From a virus (Duplodnaviria; Caudoviricetes): a stretch of 53,545 nt of DNA. Location: IMG/VR virus record IMGVR_UViG_3300001533_001828, positions 1-53,545 of that record. One strand, given 5' to 3'. A program made the position numbers and the translations under genes. Positions 26,864-36,200 of this stretch are shown here, in pieces (position 1 is the stretch's first letter; each line of letters opens with the position of its first letter). Under the pieces are notes generated by a model. It searched no databases. It saw only the letters and a program-made list of their open reading frames with translations, and had not been told where the DNA came from.

Positions 26864-29578
26864 ATGGCTAGTATCATCAGAGTAAAAAGATCTACAGGCA
26901 CTGTAGCACCACCAAGCTTAAACTATGGAGAACTTGGCCTTACTGTTGGAGTAGGAACTCACGGAAATAATGGCGGAAGATTATTTGCTGGTGATAATAG
27001 CTCAAATGTTCAAATTATTGGTGGTAGATATTATGCAGATCTTTTAAGTATTGCACCAGGATTGGTTGCTGGGCAATCAAATCCAACAACTCCATCAAAT
27101 GGTTTTGTTGCAATATTGGACCAAAATAGAAAAGTAGATGAATGGAATGTTGATAATATTACAATTGATGGCAATACATTATCATCTACTAATACTGATG
27201 GTGATATTAACATTGATCCAAATGGTTCTGGAGAGGTATCAATACCAGATGATACGTATCTTTCATTCGGAACAAGTAAAGATACAAAATTTAGATACGA
27301 TGAATCAACTAATGATAGATTTGAAGTAGAGGGTGCAGATTGGTATTATTCAAGTGGTGTTTCTATAACAATTGATGATACTACGGCATCAACAAGTCCA
27401 TCAACAGGAGCTCTTGTAGTCACTGGTGGTGTTGGTTTTGGAACAGATTTGAATGTTGGCGGAAGTGTAGATGTTGATTTAGACTTAAATGTTGATGGTG
27501 GAGATATTACAACAAATCAATCTACATTTAATCTTTTAGATACTAATGCTACAACAGTAAATGCTTTTGGTGCAGCAACAAGTATTGATATTGGTAATAC
27601 TACTGGAATTACTACTGTCCATAACAATTTAGATGTAGATCTGGATTTAAATGTTGATGGTGGAGACATCACAACAAATCAGACAGAATTTAATTTAATT
27701 AACACTAATGCTGCTACAGTAAATGCTTTTGGTGCAGCAACAAGTATTGATATTGGTAATACTACTGGAATTACTACTGTCCATAACCATTTAGATATTG
27801 ACTTAGACTTAAATGTTGATGGTGGAGATTTTACGTCAAACTCAAAGACATTTAATATTCTCAATAGTACTGTAGATACTTCTAATATTTTAGGCGCTGG
27901 TACAACTATAATCATTGGTGCGACTACTGGCGTAACTACAATTAGAAATGCTATAGTTGATTTAGATGGTGACTTAAATGTTGATGGTGGAGATATTACA
28001 ACAAATCAATCTACATTTAATCTTTTAAATACTAATGCTACAACAGTAAATGCTTTCGGCACTGCAACAAGCATTGAAATTGGTTCTTCATCTGGAACAA
28101 CTAACATTAATAATGATTTAGATGTTGATGGAGATGTTAATATTGATGGCGGAGACTTAACAGTTTCTTCTTCCACATTCAACATAGCAAACAATACGGC
28201 AACAAATATAAATGCTTTTGGTGCAGCAACTGATATTTTAATTGGTGCGACTACTGGTGTAACTACAATTAGAAATGCTATAGTTGATTTAGATGGTAAC
28301 TTAAATGTTGATGGTGGAGACATCACATCTAATTCTTTAACATTTAATTTTTTAAATACAAATGTAACATCCGCAAATATACTTGGTGCTGGAACAACAA
28401 TTGTTATTGGATCAACAAGCGGCATAACAACGATACAAAATGAAATTGTTAGTTTTAGCAATTCATCAAATTCTTCTTATGTTTCAGTTGCAGCTACAAC
28501 TGATGCAACTTCCACAACTACTGGTGCATTAAGAGTTGCTGGTGGAGCTGGAATTGGAGGAAACTTACATATTGGTGGAGATCTTTATGTTACTGGTGGA
28601 TCTTACATTGTTGGAGTCACTACATTTACAAATGATGTAGATATTACTCAAGATTTGACAGTAGATGGAAATGTCACTTTGGGTAATGGTGCAAGTGATG
28701 AAATTTTAATAACTGGTATTACAACATTTACTGGTGATATTAATCAAGTTGGTCAATTTGTAAATTCTGGCGGATTAATTATTGATAATATTGGAATATC
28801 TTCAAATGTAATTTCAACAAGAAGTGGTGGAGGCGATAAACTTTTCATTGACCCATATCCAGATGGATTAAGTAATGAAGGAATAGTAATTATTAAGGGC
28901 GATCTTCAGGTTGATGGAACCACGACTACTGTAAATTCAAGCACAGTTACAGTAAATGATCCCATCCTAGTTCTTGGTGATGTGACAAGTGCAAGAACCG
29001 TAATGGAAACGGTTCAAGTTGGAGTAACAACTATAAGATTAGATTCTGTTGTTGGGATTAATACTGGTGATACTGTTCAGGGGACAACTGCTCTTGGTAG
29101 CGGAGGAATTGCAACAGTAACTTCATATGATGACTCTGAAAAAATTATTACAATTGATTCAAATACTACTGCTGGAATTTCAACTCAAACTCAACTAACA
29201 ATAACTCATGCTTATAATACAAATACTGATCGTGGTGTTTCTTTTGATTATAATACAAGTTTTGGAGTATCAAATAATAAAACTGGATTTTTTGGTTATG
29301 ATGATAGCACTGGTTACTGGACATTTGTTCCAGATGCTACAATTACAAATAGCGTAGTATCTGGAATAAAAGGAACTTTAGACATTGGTGCTTTATTATT
29401 AGACTTTACTACTGTCGGAATTCACACTAGAGGTTCTGCTTATTTTGATTCAAATGGAAAGTTAATCAGTACAAATGAGCCAGAAGTTGGATATGCTAGC
29501 ACATCTAACTATATACTAACAACAGATGCTTCAAACACACCTGTTTGGACGGATACATTAGATGGAGGAACTTTCTGA
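26864..29578 (+). CDS. Tail fibre-like protein with internal 54-55 aa repeats
   Basis: N-terminal IRVKRS...LNYGELG fibre-anchor motif; TGALVVTGGVG and TGALRVAGGAG motifs; six DLNVDGGD-type repeats; C-terminal LDGGTF. Confidence 0.75.
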   Translation: MASIIRVKRSTGTVAPPSLNYGELGLTVGVGTHGNNGGRLFAGDNSSNVQIIGGRYYADLLSIAPGLVAGQSNPTTPSNGFVAILDQNRKVDEWNVDNITIDGNTLSSTNTDGDINIDPNGSGEVSIPDDTYLSFGTSKDTKFRYDESTNDRFEVEGADWYYSSGVSITIDDTTASTSPSTGALVVTGGVGFGTDLNVGGSVDVDLDLNVDGGDITTNQSTFNLLDTNATTVNAFGAATSIDIGNTTGITTVHNNLDVDLDLNVDGGDITTNQTEFNLINTNAATVNAFGAATSIDIGNTTGITTVHNHLDIDLDLNVDGGDFTSNSKTFNILNSTVDTSNILGAGTTIIIGATTGVTTIRNAIVDLDGDLNVDGGDITTNQSTFNLLNTNATTVNAFGTATSIEIGSSSGTTNINNDLDVDGDVNIDGGDLTVSSSTFNIANNTATNINAFGAATDILIGATTGVTTIRNAIVDLDGNLNVDGGDITSNSLTFNFLNTNVTSANILGAGTTIVIGSTSGITTIQNEIVSFSNSSNSSYVSVAATTDATSTTTGALRVAGGAGIGGNLHIGGDLYVTGGSYIVGVTTFTNDVDITQDLTVDGNVTLGNGASDEILITGITTFTGDINQVGQFVNSGGLIIDNIGISSNVISTRSGGGDKLFIDPYPDGLSNEGIVIIKGDLQVDGTTTTVNSSTVTVNDPILVLGDVTSARTVMETVQVGVTTIRLDSVVGINTGDTVQGTTALGSGGIATVTSYDDSEKIITIDSNTTAGISTQTQLTITHAYNTNTDRGVSFDYNTSFGVSNNKTGFFGYDDSTGYWTFVPDATITNSVVSGIKGTLDIGALLLDFTTVGIHTRGSAYFDSNGKLISTNEPEVGYASTSNYILTTDASNTPVWTDTLDGGTF
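27475..28440 (+). repeat. Six intragenic 162-165 bp coding repeats
   Basis: (V/I)DGGD codons start at 27491, 27653, 27815, 27980, 28142 and 28307, with long stretches of nucleotide identity between copies. Confidence 0.9.
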
Positions 29579-29579
29579 A

Positions 29580-29819
29580 ATGGGTAATGAAATTGATGTG
29601 AATGTTTTAATAAATTTATATAACCAAAAAATTTCACAATTGTCAAATCAAATTATTCTACTTGAAGCTAAGGTTCAATCTTTGGTTAATGATAGCGAAA
29701 AACAAAAAAAGGAACTTTTAATGATTAATTTAGAAATTCAGAAAAAATATGATGATCTATTAAAGTCAAGAAAAAGAACCAAAGAAGTAGAAAAATACGA
29801 AGAATCTGGAGTAGCATAA
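29580..29819 (+). CDS. Small coiled-coil hypothetical protein
   Basis: In-frame ATG at 29580 just after the fibre stop; heptad pattern; stop overlaps the gp13 start. Confidence 0.75.
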   Translation: MGNEIDVNVLINLYNQKISQLSNQIILLEAKVQSLVNDSEKQKKELLMINLEIQKKYDDLLKSRKRTKEVEKYEESGVA

Positions 29820-30634
29820 TGTCAAAACCATCTACAAGACAAGAACTAATTGATTATTGTTTGAGGAGATTGGGTTACCCTGTTCTTGAAATTAATGTGG
29901 ATGAAGACCAAATAGATGATCTTGTAGATGACGCAATACAATACTTTCAAGAAAGACATTTTGATGGAATTGAAAGAGTTTATTTAAAACATCAATTAAC
30001 TCCAGATAATAGAGAAATATTAAGAACTGGAATATCTACACATACTACTTCATCAAGTGTTGGAGTTACTACTGCCACATATACGGAAGGTGATAATTTT
30101 TTAAAACTTCCTGATTTCATAATAGGAGTTAATAATGTATTCAAAATAGACTCAAGTACTTTATCAAGTAATATGTTTAATATTGAATATCAATTATTTT
30201 TAAATGACCTATATTACTATGGTGCTCTTGACTTACTAAACTATGCTATGACTAAAACATATCTTTCAGATATAAGTAGATTAATAACACCAGATGTTCA
30301 AATAAGATTTAATAAAAAAAGTCATAAACTATACTTAGACATTGATTGGAGTGATATTGGAGATAATAAGTATTTAATTTTTGATTGTTATAGAATTGTA
30401 GATCCAGCAAATGCGGATGCGGTATATAACGATTTTTGGTTAAAAAAATATTTAACTTCACTAATTAAAAAGCAATGGGGACAAAATCTTATAAAATTTC
30501 AAGGTGTCCAATTGCCTGGGGGAATAACTTTAAATGGGAGACAATTATTTGATGATGCAGTAAAAGAAATTGAAGAAATCGAAAAACAATTAAAAGATGA
30601 ATATGAATTACCACCAATGGATATGATTGGTTAA
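29819..30634 (+). CDS. gp13: Neck protein gp13
   Basis: RQELIDYCLRRLGYPVLEINV...KKQWGQNLIKFQGVQLPGGITLNG. Confidence 0.93.
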   Translation: MSKPSTRQELIDYCLRRLGYPVLEINVDEDQIDDLVDDAIQYFQERHFDGIERVYLKHQLTPDNREILRTGISTHTTSSSVGVTTATYTEGDNFLKLPDFIIGVNNVFKIDSSTLSSNMFNIEYQLFLNDLYYYGALDLLNYAMTKTYLSDISRLITPDVQIRFNKKSHKLYLDIDWSDIGDNKYLIFDCYRIVDPANADAVYNDFWLKKYLTSLIKKQWGQNLIKFQGVQLPGGITLNGRQLFDDAVKEIEEIEKQLKDEYELPPMDMIG

Positions 30635-30638
30635 TGTT

Positions 30639-32063
30639 ATGCCCCTTAATCCATTTTTTCTACAAGGTTCATCTAGTGAGCAAAGATTAATACAAGATAT
30701 TATTAATGAGCAATTAAAAATATATGGACAAGATGTTGTATATCTTCCTAGGAAAATTATAAACAAAAAATCAGTATTAAAAGAAATTGTATCTTCAAAG
30801 TTTGATGATTCTTATAGATTGGAAGCATATCTTTTGAATTATGATGGATTTGAGGGACAGGGAGATATTTTATCCAAATTTGGTGTGAAAACTACGGATT
30901 CTGCCACTTTTGTTATATCAAAAGAAAGGTTTGAAGATTTTATTACTCCATTTTTAAATGCATTTGATGAAAATATTGAACTAATAACAAGACCACAAGA
31001 GGGAGATTTAATATATTTACCTTTAGATAATACAATGTTTGAAATAAAGTATGTTGAGGGTAAAAAGCCATTTTATCAATTAAACAATCTTTATGTTTAT
31101 CAATTAAGTTGTGAAGTTATGGATTATGAACTTGATGATAATATTGATACAAGTATTGAAGAAGTAGATAAATCAGTTTCAGATTTTGGTTATATTGTAA
31201 AATTGGAAATGGTTGGTTCTGGTTCTATTACAGCATCCGCATCTGTACAATTAGCAAAAGAATTATCAACATTAACTTCTGGGAAATCTGTTTCAAAAAT
31301 TGATTTAATCAATGATGGAACTGGATATTTAACAACACCAATTGTTTCAATTTCAACAGCACCCTCATCTGGAATAAATGCATCTGCTGTTGCAATTATG
31401 ACTAGTCGTTCTGGACAAACTGGAAGTTCTATCGAAAGAATTCTAATTACAAATCCAGGATATGGATACACTATTCCTCCATTAGTTGTAATTAAGAGTT
31501 CTACTGGATCTGGAGCAATTGCAACAGCTATAGTTTCTGAAGGATCTTTAGGACAACCTTCAATTATTGATGGTGGAAACGAGTATTCGGTTTCTCCAGT
31601 AGTTTCAATATCTTCTGCTCCTTCTGGTGGAACTAATGCAGAAATAATTTCAATAATTAATTCTTCAGGAATTGTAACATCATTAAGATATATAAATGCT
31701 GGATCTGGTTATACTGTTGCTCCATCAATTACTTTTGAATCCCCAACAAGTAGTGGTTTAACTACTGATAATTATAAATTTAAAGAAGTTGTTAGGGGAG
31801 TATCAACAGGAACTACTGCAGTTGTAAATGATTGGGATTCTAGTGATAGAATTTTAAAAGTTACAGTTCTTGGTGGATATTTTACAGTTGGAGAAGCAGT
31901 GGTAGGTATTGGTACTACTTTAGGTGGATCAGATTCGAAGTACATTATAAAATCAATTTCCACATTTGATGAATATGATACATATGCAGAAAATATTTCA
32001 ATTGAGACAGAAGCAGATCAGATATTAGATTTTAGTGAGAGTAATCCATTTGGAGAATTCTAA
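30639..32063 (+). CDS. gp14: Neck protein gp14 with inserted beta-rich modules
   Basis: LNPFF...EQRLIQDIINEQLKIYGQDVVYLPR, LSKFG, RPQEGDLIYLP, PFYQL and C-terminal DFSESNPFG; start taken at MPLNP. Confidence 0.9.
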   Translation: MPLNPFFLQGSSSEQRLIQDIINEQLKIYGQDVVYLPRKIINKKSVLKEIVSSKFDDSYRLEAYLLNYDGFEGQGDILSKFGVKTTDSATFVISKERFEDFITPFLNAFDENIELITRPQEGDLIYLPLDNTMFEIKYVEGKKPFYQLNNLYVYQLSCEVMDYELDDNIDTSIEEVDKSVSDFGYIVKLEMVGSGSITASASVQLAKELSTLTSGKSVSKIDLINDGTGYLTTPIVSISTAPSSGINASAVAIMTSRSGQTGSSIERILITNPGYGYTIPPLVVIKSSTGSGAIATAIVSEGSLGQPSIIDGGNEYSVSPVVSISSAPSGGTNAEIISIINSSGIVTSLRYINAGSGYTVAPSITFESPTSSGLTTDNYKFKEVVRGVSTGTTAVVNDWDSSDRILKVTVLGGYFTVGEAVVGIGTTLGGSDSKYIIKSISTFDEYDTYAENISIETEADQILDFSESNPFGEF

Positions 32064-32087
32064 ATAACTATAGTATAGTAAATTATT

Positions 32088-33140
32088 ATGTTTGGATCAT
32101 ATTCTTATCACGAGATAATTAGGAAAACTATTATATCTTTTGGTACGCTTTTTAATACAATCACCATTAAGCATAAAAAGCAAAATGGTGAGATTCATAG
32201 TGTTATGGAAGTTCCTATTGCATATGGTCCAGTAGAGAAGTTTTTAGCTAGATTAGAACAAAAACCAGATTTAAGAAATAGAGTTGCCATTGTTTTGCCA
32301 AGAATGTCATTTGAAATGACATCAATACAATATGATAGCTCAAGAAAAGTTTCAACAATGCAAACTTTTAACGCTGTAAATGTTTCTGGAGAAAAGTCTG
32401 CAAGAAAAGTTTTTATGCCTGTTCCATATAACATAGGATTTAGGCTTTCTATAATGGCTCAATATAATGAAGATGCGATTCAAATTGTTGAACAAATACT
32501 TCCATTTTTCCAACCATCTTTTAATTTAACTGTAGATTTGGTGGAATCAATTGGAGAAAAAAGAGACATACCAATGGTATTAAATAGTGTATCTTTTGAA
32601 GATAATTACGATTCTGGATACGAAGAAAAAAGAGTAGTAATTTATAATTTAGATTTTATAGCTAAAACTTATTTGTTTGGTCCTATTGATAATTCTACTA
32701 GTGGATTAATTAAGAAAGTACAAGTTGATTATTATACAAATACAAATACCAAAAATGCATCAAGACAATTAAGATATAAAGTAGAACCAAGGGCAATACA
32801 AGATTATAATAATGATGAGACTACATTTATAACATCAGATATTTCTACAGAAAAAACGCAGTTTGAAGTAAATGATACATCTACTTTAGTTTTGAATTCA
32901 TATATACAAATTAATGATGAGGTTATGTTTATAAAAGGTATTGAGGGAAATGTATTACTTGTAAATAGAGCACAAGAAGATTCATTAATAGATAATCACA
33001 TAAATGGTTCAAAAGTTAATGTTATAAATTCTACAGATGATGCTTTAGTGGAAGTTGGTGATGATTTTGGTTTTAGTGAATATCGTTATGACTTTGGTGA
33101 TGGAAAAATATATAGTCCAACTAAAGGTGTTGATGTATGA
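32088..33140 (+). CDS. gp15: Tail sheath terminator / completion protein gp15
   Basis: YHEIIRKTIISFGTLFN, VPIAYGP, LPRMSFE, PVPYNI, QIVEQILPFFQP. Confidence 0.92.
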   Translation: MFGSYSYHEIIRKTIISFGTLFNTITIKHKKQNGEIHSVMEVPIAYGPVEKFLARLEQKPDLRNRVAIVLPRMSFEMTSIQYDSSRKVSTMQTFNAVNVSGEKSARKVFMPVPYNIGFRLSIMAQYNEDAIQIVEQILPFFQPSFNLTVDLVESIGEKRDIPMVLNSVSFEDNYDSGYEEKRVVIYNLDFIAKTYLFGPIDNSTSGLIKKVQVDYYTNTNTKNASRQLRYKVEPRAIQDYNNDETTFITSDISTEKTQFEVNDTSTLVLNSYIQINDEVMFIKGIEGNVLLVNRAQEDSLIDNHINGSKVNVINSTDDALVEVGDDFGFSEYRYDFGDGKIYSPTKGVDV

Positions 33141-33577
33141 GTAAAGAATTTGAAAAAATAAATGAAACTTTAGATATTGAACCAACTTCAGTAGTGAAAG
33201 AAATTATTAAAGATACAAAAAAAGAAATTAAAAAAATTGAAAATTTAAAAAATAAAGAAGAACCGGAAATTGATTATGAATATGTTAGGGGAACACTTTA
33301 TAGTTTAATTGAAAAAGGTCAAGAGGCTGCATCTAGTTTATTGGAACTTGCACAAGATGGTCAGCAACCAAGAGCTTATGAAGTATTTGGACAATTAATA
33401 AAAAATGTTGCAGATTCTACTGATAAATTAATGGATATACACCAAAAAATGAAAGAATTAAAAAAAGAAGATTCAAATAATCCGAAAAGCGTCACAAATG
33501 CTCTTTTTGTTGGATCAACAGCAGAACTTCAAAAACTTTTAAAAAATGGACTCCCATCTTCAGATAATTCTAAATAG
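33137..33577 (+). CDS. gp16: Terminase small subunit gp16
   Basis: DYEYVRGTLYSLIEKGQEA, QPRAYEVFGQLIK, ALFVGSTAELQKLL. Confidence 0.92.
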   Translation: MSKEFEKINETLDIEPTSVVKEIIKDTKKEIKKIENLKNKEEPEIDYEYVRGTLYSLIEKGQEAASSLLELAQDGQQPRAYEVFGQLIKNVADSTDKLMDIHQKMKELKKEDSNNPKSVTNALFVGSTAELQKLLKNGLPSSDNSK

Positions 33578-33592
33578 TTTAAAAAAGAAGAA

Positions 33593-34462
33593 ATGAAAAC
33601 TTTTAAATCTTTTTTATCAGAAGCAAGAAAATCTAAAGATTATTCTCTTCGTGATTGGTTTTCTAAAAGTAAATCTTCGGATGGAACTCCTGGTTGGGTG
33701 CAACTAGGAGGAAAGTATGCAGGAAATCCTTGCGCTAAGCAACCAGGACAAACCACAAAGCCAAAATGTGGTAGTTCAAAAATGGCTTCAGAAATGAGTA
33801 AAGAAGAAGAAGATTCTGCAGCAAGAAGAAAAAGAAAAAAAGATCCAAACCCAGAAAGATCAGGAAAAGCAAAATTTGTAGCAACTGAAGAAAAGAAAGA
33901 TCATGAGTACTCTATGGCTCGTTCTGAATTGAAAATAATTGACAATGCAAGTAAGCGTCTAAAGAAAAAAATGGGTAAATCTGGTGAGGGTAATTTGAGA
34001 TCTTGGGTACAATCAAAAATAACTAAAGCAGCGGATTATATAGATACTGCTGCAGATTATGTAACCAATGAAGAAAAGGATGCTTGCTACCATAAAGTAA
34101 AATCTCGTTACAAAATTTGGCCAAGTGCTTATGCTTCCGGTGCTCTTGTTAAATGCCGTAAAGTTGGTGCTAAAAAATGGGGAAGTAAAACAAAAAATGA
34201 AGAATATTTAGAAGATAATTTAATTGAAAAATATTTAAGAATTCAAACTCGTGGAACTACATATACAATAATTTTGAATTGGAGAGGAAAAAATATAACA
34301 TCTCAGATGTTTTTTCAGAAATTTACTAGACCAACAAAAGAAGAAATAAGAAAAGAAATTAATAAAATTTATCCTGGATCTATAGTTTTATATTATTACC
34401 CATCAGCACAGGATCCAACTAAACCATTACTTTTTACTGGAGATGCTAACGGACTTAAATAA
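33593..34462 (+). CDS. Basic modular protein inserted between gp16 and gp17; candidate internal head protein
   Basis: N-terminus MKTFKSFLSE resembles the T4 capsid-targeting sequence; several distinct short modules; late-promoter variant TCTAAATA at 33569-33576. Confidence 0.7.
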   Translation: MKTFKSFLSEARKSKDYSLRDWFSKSKSSDGTPGWVQLGGKYAGNPCAKQPGQTTKPKCGSSKMASEMSKEEEDSAARRKRKKDPNPERSGKAKFVATEEKKDHEYSMARSELKIIDNASKRLKKKMGKSGEGNLRSWVQSKITKAADYIDTAADYVTNEEKDACYHKVKSRYKIWPSAYASGALVKCRKVGAKKWGSKTKNEEYLEDNLIEKYLRIQTRGTTYTIILNWRGKNITSQMFFQKFTRPTKEEIRKEINKIYPGSIVLYYYPSAQDPTKPLLFTGDANGLK

Positions 34463-34494
34463 TTTTAATTTAGATTTGGTTAAGGAAAATAAAT

Positions 34495-36144
34495 ATGAGT
34501 AGTGATCAGTATCTTGGGAACCCTTTGCTTAAAAAAGCAAATACTCCCATAGAATTTACAGAGGAACAAATAAAACAATTTATATTATGTAAGAATGATC
34601 CTGTATATTTTGCCAAAAATTATATAAAAATTGTTTCGCTTGATCATGGTTTAGTGCCATTTAAAATGTATAAGTTCCAAGAAAAACTTATCAATAATTT
34701 CCATGATCACAGATTCAACATTTGTAAAATGCCCCGACAGTCTGGTAAATCTACCACTGTCGTTGCTTATTTGCTACATTATGCGCTATTTAATGATAAT
34801 GTCAATATTGCGATTCTTGCTAATAAAGCATCTACTGCTAGAGACCTTCTTGGAAGACTTCAATTAGCTTATGAAAATTTACCAAAGTGGATGCAACAAG
34901 GTGTTTTAATATGGAATAAAGGGTCTTTAGAGTTGGAAAATGGATCAAGAATATTAGCAGCATCTACTTCAGCTTCTGCAGTTCGTGGTGGATCTTATAA
35001 TGTAATATTTCTTGATGAGTTTGCATTTGTACCAAATCATATTGCTGATGAATTTTTTAGCTCAGTTTATCCGACAATATCATCTGGTCAATCTACAAAA
35101 CTAATAATTGTTTCAACCCCACACGGGATGAATCATTTTTATAAAATTTGGCATGATGCAGAAAGAAAAAAGAATCAATATATTCCAACAGATGTTCATT
35201 GGTCTGAAGTTCCAGGAAGGAATGAAGAATGGAAAAAACAAACCATAGAAAATACAAGCGAACAACAATTTCAGGTAGAATTTGAATGTGAATTTCTTGG
35301 GTCTGTAGGAACTTTAATAAATCCATCAAAATTAAAATCTTTAGTGTATGATGAACCATTAAGAAAAAATGCTGGTTTGGATGTATATGAAAATCCAATA
35401 GATGATCATACTTACATTATGACTGTAGATGTTTCTAGAGGGACAAATAACGACTATTCTGCTTTTATTGTATTTGATATTTCATCATTTCCTTATAAAA
35501 TAGTAGCAAAATATAGAAACAATGAAATAAAACCAATGCTTTTTCCAAACATAATAATGGATGTTGCTAATGCATATCATAAAGCATTTGTTTTAGCAGA
35601 AGTAAATGATATAGGTGAACAAGTAACTAGTATTCTTCATTTTGATTTAGAATATGATAATATTTTAATGTGTGCTATGAGGGGAAGAGCTGGACAACTT
35701 GTTGGTCAAGGGTTTTCTGGTAAAAAAACCCAACTTGGAGTAAAAATGTCAAAGACTGTTAAAAAAATTGGATGTTCAAATTTAAAAACAATAATTGAAG
35801 ATGATAAGTTAATCTTCAATGATTATGAAATTATTAGTGAGCTTACTACTTTTATTCAAAAAAATCATTCATTTGAAGCAGAAGAGGGTTGTAATGACGA
35901 CCTTGTTATGTGTTTGGTCATATTTTCTTGGTTAATTGTTCAAGATTATTTCAAAGAAATGACCGATAATGATGTAAGAAAAAGAATATATGAGGACCAA
36001 AAAGAACAAATAGAACAAGATATGTCTCCATTTGGCTTTATCGTTGATGGAATGGATGAGGAAAGAACGTTTGTTGATATGGATGGAGACAGATGGTTTA
36101 CTGATGAATACGGAGATGTTTCTTACATGTGGGAATATAGATAA
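34495..36144 (+). CDS. gp17: Terminase large subunit gp17
   Basis: YLGNPLLK, Walker A RQSGKST, Walker B IFLDEFAF, VSTPHG, nuclease motifs DVSRG...DYSA and NDDLVM. Confidence 0.96.
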   Translation: MSSDQYLGNPLLKKANTPIEFTEEQIKQFILCKNDPVYFAKNYIKIVSLDHGLVPFKMYKFQEKLINNFHDHRFNICKMPRQSGKSTTVVAYLLHYALFNDNVNIAILANKASTARDLLGRLQLAYENLPKWMQQGVLIWNKGSLELENGSRILAASTSASAVRGGSYNVIFLDEFAFVPNHIADEFFSSVYPTISSGQSTKLIIVSTPHGMNHFYKIWHDAERKKNQYIPTDVHWSEVPGRNEEWKKQTIENTSEQQFQVEFECEFLGSVGTLINPSKLKSLVYDEPLRKNAGLDVYENPIDDHTYIMTVDVSRGTNNDYSAFIVFDISSFPYKIVAKYRNNEIKPMLFPNIIMDVANAYHKAFVLAEVNDIGEQVTSILHFDLEYDNILMCAMRGRAGQLVGQGFSGKKTQLGVKMSKTVKKIGCSNLKTIIEDDKLIFNDYEIISELTTFIQKNHSFEAEEGCNDDLVMCLVIFSWLIVQDYFKEMTDNDVRKRIYEDQKEQIEQDMSPFGFIVDGMDEERTFVDMDGDRWFTDEYGDVSYMWEYR

Positions 36145-36155
36145 AAATAGCATTT

Positions 36156-36163
36156 TATAAATA
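36156..36163 (+). promoter_or_regulatory. T4-type late promoter
   Basis: TATAAATA upstream of gp18. Confidence 0.8.
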
Positions 36164-36200
36164 ATATTAGACTAAATGAAACTTCTTTAGAGGGAAAGAC

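Noticed and set aside
27475-28440. Diversity-generating retroelement TR/VR pair in the fibre repeats
   Set aside because: The repeats are in-frame, internal and tandem; differences are not confined to adenines; no reverse transcriptase in the window.
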